Position numbers and translations under genes: made by a program
Notes under the pieces: model-generated
Told to the model about the DNA's origin: nothing
Database searches by the model: none
What the model saw: only the letters and a program-made list of their open reading frames with translations
Assembly (NCBI GenBank): GCA_035541455.1
Contig: DATKNH010000020.1
Span: 4,985-68,984, forward strand
DNA from: Syntrophorhabdales bacterium
Lineage (GTDB): Bacteria > Desulfobacterota > Syntrophorhabdia > Syntrophorhabdales > WCHB1-27
Reading direction: 5' to 3'
Length of the DNA: 64,000 bases
In this document: piece by piece, positions 34,344 through 43,763 of the stretch
Layout: every line of letters begins with the position of its first letter
Position numbering within the stretch: position 1 is the stretch's first letter

Positions 34344-36590
34344 TCAAAATGCTCTGCCCATCAAGAAGTCGAAGACCTCTTTCTTCTCCCCTTGTTTAGG
34401 ACTGAGGTTGAAACCCAGCTCCAGACGTATCGGTCCCATGGGCGACAGCCATCGGATGCCGAAGCCTGCCGATTCGCGGAGATTGAACAGCCAGTCGGAA
34501 TGATCGAAGCCGTGCCCCAAGTCGAAGAAGACGACTCCTTTGAGACCCGCGGGTGCGTAAATCGGGAAGATCCATTCGAAGTTAAAATAGAGCTCGCCTC
34601 TTCCGCCGATAGGCGTGTTCTGGTAGTCCGTGGGTCCTGCCATGCCGTACTTGAAACCCCTCACGGAGTTGATGCCGCCGACATAGAAATTCTGGTAGAT
34701 GGGCACAGGGGTGCCGTTGTACTGCCATGCATAACCCCCTGTCCCCCGTACGAAAAAGGTGGTGTCCCATTTGAACGGAAAATACCTTCCGTATGAACTG
34801 ATGGCCTTGATGAAGTTCACATCCCCGAGAAAGGGTCCGCCGGCCACTTCAACGCTGTTGTTGAACAGCACGCCTCTTCTCGGATTCATTATGTCATCTA
34901 TGGTCAGATAATTGAGACTGGTCGTGACGCTGCTCGTGCGGGTGACTCCCCTCTGGCTTATGATGTACGCCCCTGCACTGGGGTCAATATTGAAAACATC
35001 GGTGACTACATACCCGTACTTGAGCCCCAGCCTGGTGTAGTCGGTTATGGGCCTCACAACCGATACGGCGCCACCCTGGGAACGATATTCATACGTATCG
35101 AAGGAGCGCGTCCAGTTGAAAAGATTAATCCCTGCATTGATATCCTTGTCGAATATGTAAGGCTTGGTTATAGAAATATCGTAGAGTGTACTGATGCTGC
35201 TGATTGCTGCGGTGACCCGGGCTGCCAGCCCGGTACCGAACAGGTTATCCTGCGCTACGGAACCTGTGAGGATGAGGTTCTCATAGGTAGAGTATCCTAT
35301 TCCCGCTGAGATAGTGCCTGTCGGCTTTTCCTCGACGATTGTGTCCAGATTTACTCTGTCAGGAACATCCGTCTTTACCAGTTTCAGATCTGATTCCTTG
35401 AAGTACGTCGTATTACGCAATCTTCTCTTGCTTTCCTTAAGTTTTGCCGCTGAAAAGAGATCACCCTCAACGAAGCGAAGCTCTCTCCGTATCACCTTGT
35501 CTCTGGTCTTCAGGTTGCCCGTGATGTTGATGCGGTTGACGTAAACCTGCGGGCCTGTAATGATTTCAAAGGTGATCGCCATTGTCCTGGCTTCATCGTT
35601 AACGAGGGTGAGAGGATTAACATCAGCAAAGGCGTACCCTTTATCCTGGCAGGCATCGGTCAATGTCGTTACATCCTGCTGGAAAACCGAAGACTTGAAG
35701 GTGTCGCCCACCTTGCTCTTTACCATTTTTTTCAGGTCCTGTTGCGGGATAACCAGATCGCCCGAGAAGTCAACAGAGCCTATCTTAAAAATGTTACCCT
35801 CGGTGATGGGGATAGAGATGTCTATCCGCTTCCCGTCCTTAGACAGGGTGATAGTGGGATTGCCCACACTGGCTCTGACATACCCGTTGTCCGCGTAGAA
35901 CGCCCCGAGGTTACGCCTGTCCTCCTCCAGTTGCTCGTCGTCCAGTATGCCGGAGCCTGTGAACCACGACAGTAGGCCCTTTTCCTTCGTCTTCATGTAA
36001 TCCTTGAGCGTGCCGGCCTTGAAATGATTGTTTCCTGTGAAGGTGATCTTTCTCACGTACGCTTTTTCTGCTTCATCTACGACAAAAGTAACCTTTGCAC
36101 GGTATCCCTCTTCGTAATCGATGTCGTAGGTGACCTTGGCAGCATAGAAATTCTTGCTGGCATAGAGCTTCTTTATTTCGTCGACCGTCTCTTTCAGCTT
36201 TTCGGTATTCAGAACCGTACCGACTTTAAACTTGATTTTCTCCTTGAGGTCTTCGGTCTTTACTTTCTTGTTTCCGGATATGGCGATGTCGTTTACTGTC
36301 GGCCTTTCGACGACGACGAAGGTGACTATTTTTCCTTCTGGTGTGTCTTTAACGTCAACCTGAACATCACTGAAGAAGCCCGTTTTATATATGTTCTTCA
36401 TGTCCTCTCTGATTTTTTCAGGGTTGTAAGTCTCCTTTTCTTTGGTTTTTATCGCATTCATGATGACGCCGCGTTCGATACGGTCGTTTCCTGTAATATC
36501 CACCTTCAGGACAATGTTCTTTTCCTGGGCCAGAGCGGGTCCAGAGAACAAGAAGGCCAACAAAAGGAAACATGCAAATCCCTCCTTCAT
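34344..36590 (-). CDS. bamA: Outer membrane protein assembly factor BamA
   Basis: Signal peptide from the Met at 36590 (MKEGFACFLLLAFLFSGPALAQ), POTRA repeats, and a C-terminal beta-barrel ending ..DFLMGRAF. An alternative start at 36635 is possible. Confidence 0.9.
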   Translation of the reverse strand: MKEGFACFLLLAFLFSGPALAQEKNIVLKVDITGNDRIERGVIMNAIKTKEKETYNPEKIREDMKNIYKTGFFSDVQVDVKDTPEGKIVTFVVVERPTVNDIAISGNKKVKTEDLKEKIKFKVGTVLNTEKLKETVDEIKKLYASKNFYAAKVTYDIDYEEGYRAKVTFVVDEAEKAYVRKITFTGNNHFKAGTLKDYMKTKEKGLLSWFTGSGILDDEQLEEDRRNLGAFYADNGYVRASVGNPTITLSKDGKRIDISIPITEGNIFKIGSVDFSGDLVIPQQDLKKMVKSKVGDTFKSSVFQQDVTTLTDACQDKGYAFADVNPLTLVNDEARTMAITFEIITGPQVYVNRINITGNLKTRDKVIRRELRFVEGDLFSAAKLKESKRRLRNTTYFKESDLKLVKTDVPDRVNLDTIVEEKPTGTISAGIGYSTYENLILTGSVAQDNLFGTGLAARVTAAISSISTLYDISITKPYIFDKDINAGINLFNWTRSFDTYEYRSQGGAVSVVRPITDYTRLGLKYGYVVTDVFNIDPSAGAYIISQRGVTRTSSVTTSLNYLTIDDIMNPRRGVLFNNSVEVAGGPFLGDVNFIKAISSYGRYFPFKWDTTFFVRGTGGYAWQYNGTPVPIYQNFYVGGINSVRGFKYGMAGPTDYQNTPIGGRGELYFNFEWIFPIYAPAGLKGVVFFDLGHGFDHSDWLFNLRESAGFGIRWLSPMGPIRLELGFNLSPKQGEKKEVFDFLMGRAF

Positions 36591-36688
36591 GTCAGGCTTC
36601 AAACTAGCAGAAAAATGGGTGCTTGTAAAGCCCAAAAGCTTCGCAGTGATTTGGATCTAGGCTACGTGAGGCATCAGACGGATTGATG

Positions 36689-37345
36689 TCAGCGGGAGCG
36701 GGTGACGCCGACCCGCCTGCAAAGCGCATAGACTGCGCAGCGGCTACAGAGGGGGGATATGGGTTTGCAGGTTTTTTTTCCATGAGTGACAAGCAGCATG
36801 TTATAGATCTTCCAGTATTTGCGAGGCAGTGTCCTGCGCAGTACCTCTTCTGTCTCGTTGGGTGTTTTTGTGCGTACCGCTCCCAGCCTGTTTGAGATGC
36901 GGTGCACGTGCGTATCCACAGCTATGCCGTCCTTATTGAAGCCTTCGGTGATCACTATGTTGGCGGTCTTCCTCCCCACCCCTCTGAGAGAGAGGAGCGC
37001 TTCCATGGTGTCAGGGACCTCACCGCCAAAATCTTCCAGAATTGTCTTTGAGATCTCTTTGATGGTCCGAGACTTGGTCCTGTAGAAGCCGACAGGGTAA
37101 ATGAGCTGCTCCAGTTCATCCAGGGGCAGTGACAGCATCTCTTCCGGAGTACCGGCCTTCTTGAAAAGCCGTTCCGCAGCAATGTCCGTGACTTCATCTT
37201 TTGTCCGAAGACTGAGGATGCAGCCTATGAGGACTAAGAATGGCTCTCTCTTTCGAGTGGCTATCTTCGTCACAGAGGGCGCGTCGTCTTTGTAGACGCG
37301 GCGTAACGTTGTCACTACTTTATCAAAAGGAAAAACGCTTTTCAC
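36689..37345 (-). CDS. nth: Endonuclease III (DNA-(apurinic/apyrimidinic site) lyase)
   Basis: HhH-GPD core ..[27 protein letters not shown].. and the [4Fe-4S] loop [17 protein letters not shown]. Confidence 0.9.
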   Translation of the reverse strand: MKSVFPFDKVVTTLRRVYKDDAPSVTKIATRKREPFLVLIGCILSLRTKDEVTDIAAERLFKKAGTPEEMLSLPLDELEQLIYPVGFYRTKSRTIKEISKTILEDFGGEVPDTMEALLSLRGVGRKTANIVITEGFNKDGIAVDTHVHRISNRLGAVRTKTPNETEEVLRRTLPRKYWKIYNMLLVTHGKKTCKPISPLCSRCAVYALCRRVGVTRSR

Positions 37346-37785
37346 GACGTCACCTCCGCTATGACTTTTGCCATGTGCTCCCTATGTGTGCCGGCCCAGT
37401 AGACCTGGTTGCATCCAGGACACATCTTAAAGGTGCTGTAGGTGTGAAAGACGAATTCGGGCACCCTATATTCTATGGTCTCCTTATTGACATCCACAAG
37501 GGGTACATTGCAATTGATGCATCGCGCCAGCACCTTATCCGGATCAAAGAAAGGTTTGATCCACTGCCGGAGTTCGAGGAGCTGTTCCTGCGGCTTCTCC
37601 GAGTTGATGTGAATCGTCCGACTGTAAAGAGGAATTTTGCGGCGACGGGTGAGGAAATAGGGTGGGTCATCGTGCTGTGCATGACGCTGGAGCAGTGCCA
37701 CGTCTCTGAGGTACTCTGCGTCGAAACCTAAGATCCTCAAATACTTTGCCAGCTTCCCCAGCATAGCGTCGCAGACAAATCTCAT
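37342..37785 (-). CDS. Mut7-C RNase domain (DUF82) protein with a C-terminal zinc ribbon
   Basis: [23 protein letters not shown].. is a characteristic N-terminus. Cys pairs CINC..CPGC. Four-nt overlaps with both neighbouring genes. Confidence 0.75.
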   Translation of the reverse strand: MRFVCDAMLGKLAKYLRILGFDAEYLRDVALLQRHAQHDDPPYFLTRRRKIPLYSRTIHINSEKPQEQLLELRQWIKPFFDPDKVLARCINCNVPLVDVNKETIEYRVPEFVFHTYSTFKMCPGCNQVYWAGTHREHMAKVIAEVTS

Positions 37786-39038
37786 CGCTCGACAAGGGCT
37801 CTGGCCCGCGCTCGGGCCTCCCGCATAATGGTTTCCTCACCTTCTACGTAGCGATTCTCCATGAGCACGCGTCCCATCGCTATGACTGTGTCAACCACCG
37901 AGCCATTCGAGGCATAGACAATGTCCGAGTACACATGGAAATTGGGAACAAGCTCAGCCCGGGCAAGGTCGATCAGCATTATGTCCGTAGCGCTTCCTTC
38001 CTTGATTTCCCAGTTTCCGAGGGAGAAAATCTCCGCTGCCACTGCAGTTGCGCGGTCAAACGTTTCTCTTGCCGAAAGGAACGTCGGGTCATTGGTTGAA
38101 AATTTCGCCAGCAATGAAGCGAATTTCATGGTCTCCATGAGATCGAGATGATTATTTGAGGAGCAGCCGTCTGTACCGAAGCAGTACGGGATATTGTAGC
38201 GGCGCATCAGGTGGTAAGGAAAAAGACGCCCTACACTGAGCTTCAAATTAGACACAGGATTGTGTACGAGCCTCGCCTGCGTACGAGCCAGTGTTTGACA
38301 GGACTCCTCGTCGATCCAGCATGCGTGGCAGCCGATAAATCGAGAGGAGAGCAGTCCGAGATTGTCCAGATACTGAACGGGGGAACAGCCATACTTTTCC
38401 TTTGTAAAATGAAGCTCCTCCTCTGTTTCACAGAGATGCATGTGGATTAAGCAGCCATTTTCTTCAGAAAATTCTTTGACCCACTCAAGACTTTGAGGGG
38501 AAACGGTGTATACCGCATGGGGGCCGAGGGCGAACCGCACCTCCGGCCCATACCTGCGGGCAGCCTGGAAAAGGTCGATATTCTTATGTATCTGTTCCTC
38601 ACTCCTTCGGGGATCAAACATATCGATCAGGACCGCGCTCACGATTGCCCTTACACCCATTTCCTGGGCAGCGCGCGCGGTACTTTCGAAATGCCAGTAC
38701 ATGTCGTTGAAAAGAGTGATGCCATTCTTGATCATCTCGAGACAGGCCAGCTTGCTCCCCCAGTACACATCCTCATCGGTCAACTTTGCCTCTAACACCC
38801 ATATCTTCTCTTCCAGCCACTGCTTGAGAGGCATGTCGTCTGCGAAGCCGCGGAAGAGCGTCATGGCTGCATGCGTGTGACCGTTAACCAGTGCGGGCAA
38901 GGCCACTTTGTTCCGGCCGTTGATGATCCTGTCTGCGGGTTGAGTGCATTCCGGCGAGATCTCTCTGATCACCCCGTCATGTATAAAGATGTCCCTTACG
39001 CGTTCATCGAGGATGGCGCCTTTTATCAGCAGCTTCAT
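37782..39038 (-). CDS. mtaD: Amidohydrolase, 5-methylthioadenosine/S-adenosylhomocysteine deaminase-like
   Basis: ..ALPALVNGHTHAAMTLFRGFADDMPLKQWL.. metal-binding HxH motif. 418 aa. Confidence 0.8.
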   Translation of the reverse strand: MKLLIKGAILDERVRDIFIHDGVIREISPECTQPADRIINGRNKVALPALVNGHTHAAMTLFRGFADDMPLKQWLEEKIWVLEAKLTDEDVYWGSKLACLEMIKNGITLFNDMYWHFESTARAAQEMGVRAIVSAVLIDMFDPRRSEEQIHKNIDLFQAARRYGPEVRFALGPHAVYTVSPQSLEWVKEFSEENGCLIHMHLCETEEELHFTKEKYGCSPVQYLDNLGLLSSRFIGCHACWIDEESCQTLARTQARLVHNPVSNLKLSVGRLFPYHLMRRYNIPYCFGTDGCSSNNHLDLMETMKFASLLAKFSTNDPTFLSARETFDRATAVAAEIFSLGNWEIKEGSATDIMLIDLARAELVPNFHVYSDIVYASNGSVVDTVIAMGRVLMENRYVEGEETIMREARARARALVER

Positions 39039-39730
39039 GGGCCATTCTCCCCGATGATAGCATTGATGAGCCGCTCAAAAGCCTGCTGGCTTTTTCTTGC
39101 ATTTCTTGCGATCTCCGGGAGAGCGAGAGGCTTACGTGTAACTCCGTTGCAATAATTGTCAATGGAGCAGACCGACGCATAGGGGATACGTAGCTCCATA
39201 CAGAGCGTCGCCTCCGATGCGAGCGTCATCCCAACGATGTCCCCTGTTGTTTGGAAAAAACGTATCTCGGCTCTTGTTTCCAGCCTGGGTCCGACAGCCT
39301 CAATGTAGACGCCGCCCAGCTTGACGTCCATCTTGACCTTTCGGCAGTATCCAAGAAGCTGTTTTGCCAGTGCTTCGTTCATGCGAGGCACGGTGAATCG
39401 CATCTCTGCATCGAAAAAGGTGGGTATTCTGCAGGGCGAAAAGAAATCATCAGGGATGAGAAACGTTGCAGGTTTCACTTCCTCATGCAAACTGCCCACC
39501 GAGTTGAACGCTACAATTCTCTTCACCTTCAGACTCTTCAATGCCCACATGTTTGCAAGGTGATTGATTTTATGCGGCGGAACCATTTGTTCGCCGTGGC
39601 GCTGCAAGAAGAGGTAGTTCTTACATTTTCGTAACAGTACCACCCCAAGGGGCGTAGGGACCACAACCTTCTCCCAGTTTCGGAAGAGGGCTGACCCCAG
39701 CATGGACGTGCCGGCTATGAACGCTTTCAT
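39035..39730 (-). CDS. mtnP: S-methyl-5'-thioadenosine (or thioinosine) phosphorylase family protein
   Basis: From the Met at 39730: MKAFIAGTSMLG....FLQRHGE..VPPHKINHLANMWALK.. is an MTAP-like pattern. Its stop overlaps the deaminase start. Confidence 0.75.
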   Translation of the reverse strand: MKAFIAGTSMLGSALFRNWEKVVVPTPLGVVLLRKCKNYLFLQRHGEQMVPPHKINHLANMWALKSLKVKRIVAFNSVGSLHEEVKPATFLIPDDFFSPCRIPTFFDAEMRFTVPRMNEALAKQLLGYCRKVKMDVKLGGVYIEAVGPRLETRAEIRFFQTTGDIVGMTLASEATLCMELRIPYASVCSIDNYCNGVTRKPLALPEIARNARKSQQAFERLINAIIGENGP

Positions 39731-39892
39731 GGGAACGCCTTCAGTCTCTAATCTCCAGCATTCAGCAGGAGCTAACATCTGCTTCCGCAGTAATCGGGCC
39801 AGGATTAATTATCTACTATTAGATCATCCGGTTCAATAAAAAAGAGCGATCGGCGGTCTTGACTGATCACTGAAGACTACGGCGGTAGCTAT

Positions 39893-40747
39893 CTATCGCT
39901 CCGGCGCCTTCTGGTAGGCAAATGTATTCGCGAATGCAATGCGCTTGTAAGGATGGTCCTTGCCCGAAACTGTCTCTGACTGTCCCAGGAAGAGGTATCC
40001 ATGGTCTCTCAGATTGTTGTAACAGGTACACAGGACGGCGCTCTTGGTGGTGGCGGTAAAGTATATGAGCACGTTGCGGAGAAGGATCAGGTCGACGCCC
40101 GCATACTTTTTACACGCAGCTGCATCGGTAAGGTTCGCGCGCTCAGGGTGCACAAGCCTCTTGAGTTCGTCGCGAATGATCAGTTTCTCATCAGACGTTG
40201 TGCGAAAATATCTCCCCTTCAGTTCCTGGGCTGTGTTTCTGAGAGCGTAAGTCTTGTAAACGGCCCTTCGGCAGGCTTCCAGAGCTTCTTCGTTAATATC
40301 AGTTGCGAAAATGGTAATGTTCCAGCCGGTCAGTTGATCTTTCAGGTGTTCCGCGAGGAGTATAGCCAGCGTGTAGGCCTCTTCCCCCGAAGAACAGCCC
40401 GCACTCCAGAGCCTGAGAAGTCTCGAGCCGGATTGCTCACGCCTTTTCACTATTTCCGGAATTACATTCTTAGCAAGTACTGCGATCTGGAGAGGATCGC
40501 GGAAGAAACTGGTTTCGGTGATAGTGATCTTGCTTATGAGGCGGTTCCACTCAGCAGGGCCGGTCGCAGGATTAAGAAGGGAACCGATACAGGAAGAAAC
40601 TTCCGGACCATTCTGCCGAAGAAACTCTCGCGCTCTCGCTTCCAGAAGATACCGATTCCTGTCAGTGTAGAAGATCCCGGTCTTCTTGTGGATTAAATCC
40701 CGTAAGGCTATGAAATCGGCATCGGTGAGACTATTTTCAGATTGCAT
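39893..40747 (-). CDS. cheR: CheR-type protein-glutamate O-methyltransferase (orphan; no other che genes in the window)
   Basis: ..ETSFFRDP.., ..LRLWSAGCSSGEEAYTLAILL.. (SAM-binding motif), ..DLILLRNVLIYF.. Confidence 0.85.
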   Translation of the reverse strand: MQSENSLTDADFIALRDLIHKKTGIFYTDRNRYLLEARAREFLRQNGPEVSSCIGSLLNPATGPAEWNRLISKITITETSFFRDPLQIAVLAKNVIPEIVKRREQSGSRLLRLWSAGCSSGEEAYTLAILLAEHLKDQLTGWNITIFATDINEEALEACRRAVYKTYALRNTAQELKGRYFRTTSDEKLIIRDELKRLVHPERANLTDAAACKKYAGVDLILLRNVLIYFTATTKSAVLCTCYNNLRDHGYLFLGQSETVSGKDHPYKRIAFANTFAYQKAPER

Positions 40748-41027
40748 GTATCATCTTTTCAAACGCTTAATCGTATCCTATGCGCTTCACTCAAGGCGCT
40801 CGGTGCCGAGTGCCGGCCTCAGGACCTTCCCCAATTTTCAGCCGCCGGCCGCAGGAATACCCTTTTTAAGGTTATCGGGCAAATCTCAAAAAACGTAATA
40901 CATTGAAAAAACCGTTTCATATTCTCGTAATTGTTTATAGAATAATGAACAGTATCCCCAGCCGGATATGATCTACATTGACGGTCACGTCGGGATCTAT
41001 GACTGTAAATAACCTGAGGAGCGACTC

Positions 41028-41867
41028 ATGAGGGAGATACCTGTCGAGACCATACGGGATGTTATTGAAAAGCTTTTTATAGACGCAAATTATAACCTCC
41101 CGAACGACGTTGTCGCACGGTTCGAAGAGGCATTGGACGGGGAGGAATCTCCCGCAGGAAAAGAGGTGATACGGGAGCTGCTCCTCAACGCTCGCATCGC
41201 TCGCGAAGAAGGAATACCTATTTGCCAGGATACCGGGCTTGCTATCCTCTTTGTGGAGATAGGGCAGGAGACACACATAACCGGTGGCGATTTTGAGGAA
41301 GCAATCACAGAGGGAGTGCGTCGGGCTTACCAGAAGGGTTATCTCCGAAAATCGGCCTGCGATCCCTTTACGAGAAAGAATACGGGGGACAATACACCAC
41401 CAATCCTCCACGCGAAGATAGTTCCGGGCGAGCTTATAAAGATTGTGGTCATGCCCAAGGGTGGAGGGAGCGAGAATTACAGCGAGGTTCGTATGTTGAC
41501 GCCTTCTGAAGGGGCGGAAGGCGTAAGGCGCTTTGTGGTGGAAATGGTTAAGAAGGGCGGACCAAACCCCTGTCCCCCCATCACGATAGGGATTGGGATA
41601 GGCGGTAACTTTGAGACCTGCGCGCTTCTTTCAAAGGAAGCTCTTATGCTCCCCTTCGGGCAGCGCAGCGAAGACCCATACCTGCGGGATCTGGAGATCT
41701 CAATCCTGGAAGAGGTTAACAAACTGGGCATCGGCCCTGAAGGATATGGCGGGAGAGTGACGGCTCTCGACCTCCACATAAAATCACGGCCGTGTCACAT
41801 AGCCTCGCTGCCGGTAGCCGTGAACATACAGTGCCACGCACACAGGATAAAAGAAGCTACCATATGA
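41028..41867 (+). CDS. Class I (Fe-S) fumarate hydratase / tartrate dehydratase, alpha subunit
   Basis: GAGGAG RBS. ..PICQDTGLAILFVEIGQ.. and ..PPITIGIGIGGNFE.. motifs of Fe-S hydro-lyases. Confidence 0.85.
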   Translation: MREIPVETIRDVIEKLFIDANYNLPNDVVARFEEALDGEESPAGKEVIRELLLNARIAREEGIPICQDTGLAILFVEIGQETHITGGDFEEAITEGVRRAYQKGYLRKSACDPFTRKNTGDNTPPILHAKIVPGELIKIVVMPKGGGSENYSEVRMLTPSEGAEGVRRFVVEMVKKGGPNPCPPITIGIGIGGNFETCALLSKEALMLPFGQRSEDPYLRDLEISILEEVNKLGIGPEGYGGRVTALDLHIKSRPCHIASLPVAVNIQCHAHRIKEATI

Positions 41868-41876
41868 GGTGCATCT

Positions 41877-42428
41877 ATGGAGATAAAGCGCATAAGTACG
41901 CCACTCGCGGACAGCATGGTAACGGAACTTAAGGCTGGTGACAAGGTGCTTTTGAGCGGCACCATCTATACCGCCCGTGACGCTGCACACAAGCGATTCA
42001 TTGAAACGCTGGACGCCGGCGGCTCCCTTCCTTTCGATGTCAGGGGGCAGGTGATCTACTACTGCGGACCTTCGCCGGCATTGCCCGGCAGGCCTATTGG
42101 AGCCGCAGGGCCAACCACGAGTGGAAGAATGGACGCCTATACGCCAAGGCTTCTCTCTCTGGGGCTTAAGGGGATGATAGGCAAGGGCAAGAGGTCCCAG
42201 GAAGTGAAGGACGCAATCGCGCGATACAAGGCGGTCTATTTCGGGGCAACCGGAGGTGCGGGAGCGTTGCTGTCAAAAGCGGTGCTCTCATGCGAGATTG
42301 TGGCTTACGAGGAACTGGGGCCGGAGGCTGTTGCAAAGCTCGTGGTCAGAGATTTACCGCTTTTCGTGATTAATGACACAGTAAGGAACGACCTGTACGA
42401 AATGGGACTTGCAGCATATCACAGATGA
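41877..42428 (+). CDS. Class I fumarate hydratase / tartrate dehydratase, beta subunit
   Basis: ..LLSGTIYTARDAAHKR.., ..AAGPTTSGRMD.., ..GMIGKGKRS.. 183 aa. Confidence 0.85.
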   Translation: MEIKRISTPLADSMVTELKAGDKVLLSGTIYTARDAAHKRFIETLDAGGSLPFDVRGQVIYYCGPSPALPGRPIGAAGPTTSGRMDAYTPRLLSLGLKGMIGKGKRSQEVKDAIARYKAVYFGATGGAGALLSKAVLSCEIVAYEELGPEAVAKLVVRDLPLFVINDTVRNDLYEMGLAAYHR

Positions 42429-42638
42429 GAATCGGGCCTCTTTCCTGCGCCGGAGAGCTGGGTTTGTCCGCCGAGTCATAAGAGCAAGGCAGAACCTGGA
42501 GCGCGGGAGAAACATAGGGGCGATGGCTTTCAGAGCACCCCCGCAACGCCTGACTGTCAGGCTGGATTTGGCGGCCAAATTATTGACTTTTCCCGACAAA
42601 TATTTTAAAAGAACAAAAACGGACCCTCAGGTGATTTG

Positions 42639-43733
42639 ATGCGCGAGATTCGGGTAGCTGTTGCGGGGATTGGAAACTGTGCGAGCTCATTGATCCAGGG
42701 AATCGCGTATTATGCGAAGGGGAATGCCCGTGATGTTATAGGATTGATGCATTACGACGTGTGCGGCTACACCCCGGAGCACATCAACATCGTTGCTGCG
42801 TTTGATATAGACAAGAGGAAGGTAGGCAGACCGCTCAGTGAGGCGGTTTTTGCGCCGCCGAACTGTACCAAGGTGATCATGACGAGCGTGCAGGGAAAGG
42901 ACGTGCTCGTCTCAATGGGCCATCCACTCGACGGCATTTCCCCCCACATGGCGCAATACCCGGCAGAAAGAACCTTTGTGCCCGCAGATAAGAAACCTGA
43001 AGACGTGACCGCCATCCTGAAAGAAAGGAACGTCGACATACTCCTTAACTACCTGCCTGTCGGTTCTGAGAAGGCCACACGCTTCTACGCAGAGTGTTGC
43101 CTTGCCAGCGGCGTAAGTATGATCAATTGCATCCCTGTCTTCATCGGCTCAGACAGAGCCTGGGTGAGAAAGTTCGAAGAAAAGGGGATTCCGATCATCG
43201 GCGACGATGTCAAATCGCAGATCGGCGCCACTATCATCCACAGAATGCTGGCCAAGCTCTTTACAGATCGTGGTGTGAAGATAGACAGGACATACCAACT
43301 CAACACGGGCGGCAACACCGATTTCCTTAATATGCTCAACCGTGAGCGGCTGATCTCAAAAAAAATATCGAAGACGGAAGCGATCCAGTCTGTCCTCGAT
43401 GCTCCTATTGAGCCGGAGAATATTCATGTGGGCCCCAGCGACTACGTGCCCTGGCAGAATGACAACAAAGTCTGTTTCTTGAGGGTCGAGGGGAGGATTT
43501 TCGGAGATGTGCCCATGAACCTTGAATTGAGGCTCTCCGTTGAAGACTCACCCAACAGCGGAGGATGTATAATTGATGCAATTCGTTGCTGCAAGGTGGC
43601 AAGGGACAGGAGAGTGAGCGGGGTCCTCGAATCCATCTCGGCTTACACGATGAAACACCCGATGACACAATACCCCGACGATGTTGCACGAAAGATGGTC
43701 GAAGAGTTTATTCGTGGAGAGAGAGCCCGATAG
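42639..43733 (+). CDS. ino1: Inositol-3-phosphate (myo-inositol-1-phosphate) synthase
   Basis: MREIRVAVAGIGNCASSLIQGIAYY.. and ..YVPWQNDNKV.. resemble archaeal/actinobacterial-type MIPS. The ATG at 42639 is immediately preceded by an in-frame TTG at 42636. Confidence 0.85.
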   Translation: MREIRVAVAGIGNCASSLIQGIAYYAKGNARDVIGLMHYDVCGYTPEHINIVAAFDIDKRKVGRPLSEAVFAPPNCTKVIMTSVQGKDVLVSMGHPLDGISPHMAQYPAERTFVPADKKPEDVTAILKERNVDILLNYLPVGSEKATRFYAECCLASGVSMINCIPVFIGSDRAWVRKFEEKGIPIIGDDVKSQIGATIIHRMLAKLFTDRGVKIDRTYQLNTGGNTDFLNMLNRERLISKKISKTEAIQSVLDAPIEPENIHVGPSDYVPWQNDNKVCFLRVEGRIFGDVPMNLELRLSVEDSPNSGGCIIDAIRCCKVARDRRVSGVLESISAYTMKHPMTQYPDDVARKMVEEFIRGERAR

Positions 43734-43763
43734 AATCCGAGAAGAGAGGCGAACCGGGCAGCC

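Noticed and set aside
40978-41013. TTGACG at 40978-40983 as the -35 element of a fumarase promoter.
   Set aside because: No acceptable -10 hexamer lies 16-19 nt downstream. TATGAC is at a 14-nt spacing and TAAATA at 22 nt.
42409-42639. The 76-aa ORF spanning the fumarase-MIPS spacer.
   Set aside because: It starts inside the fumarase beta gene, is Arg-rich, and has no RBS. The spacer is more plausibly a promoter/leader for the inositol genes.
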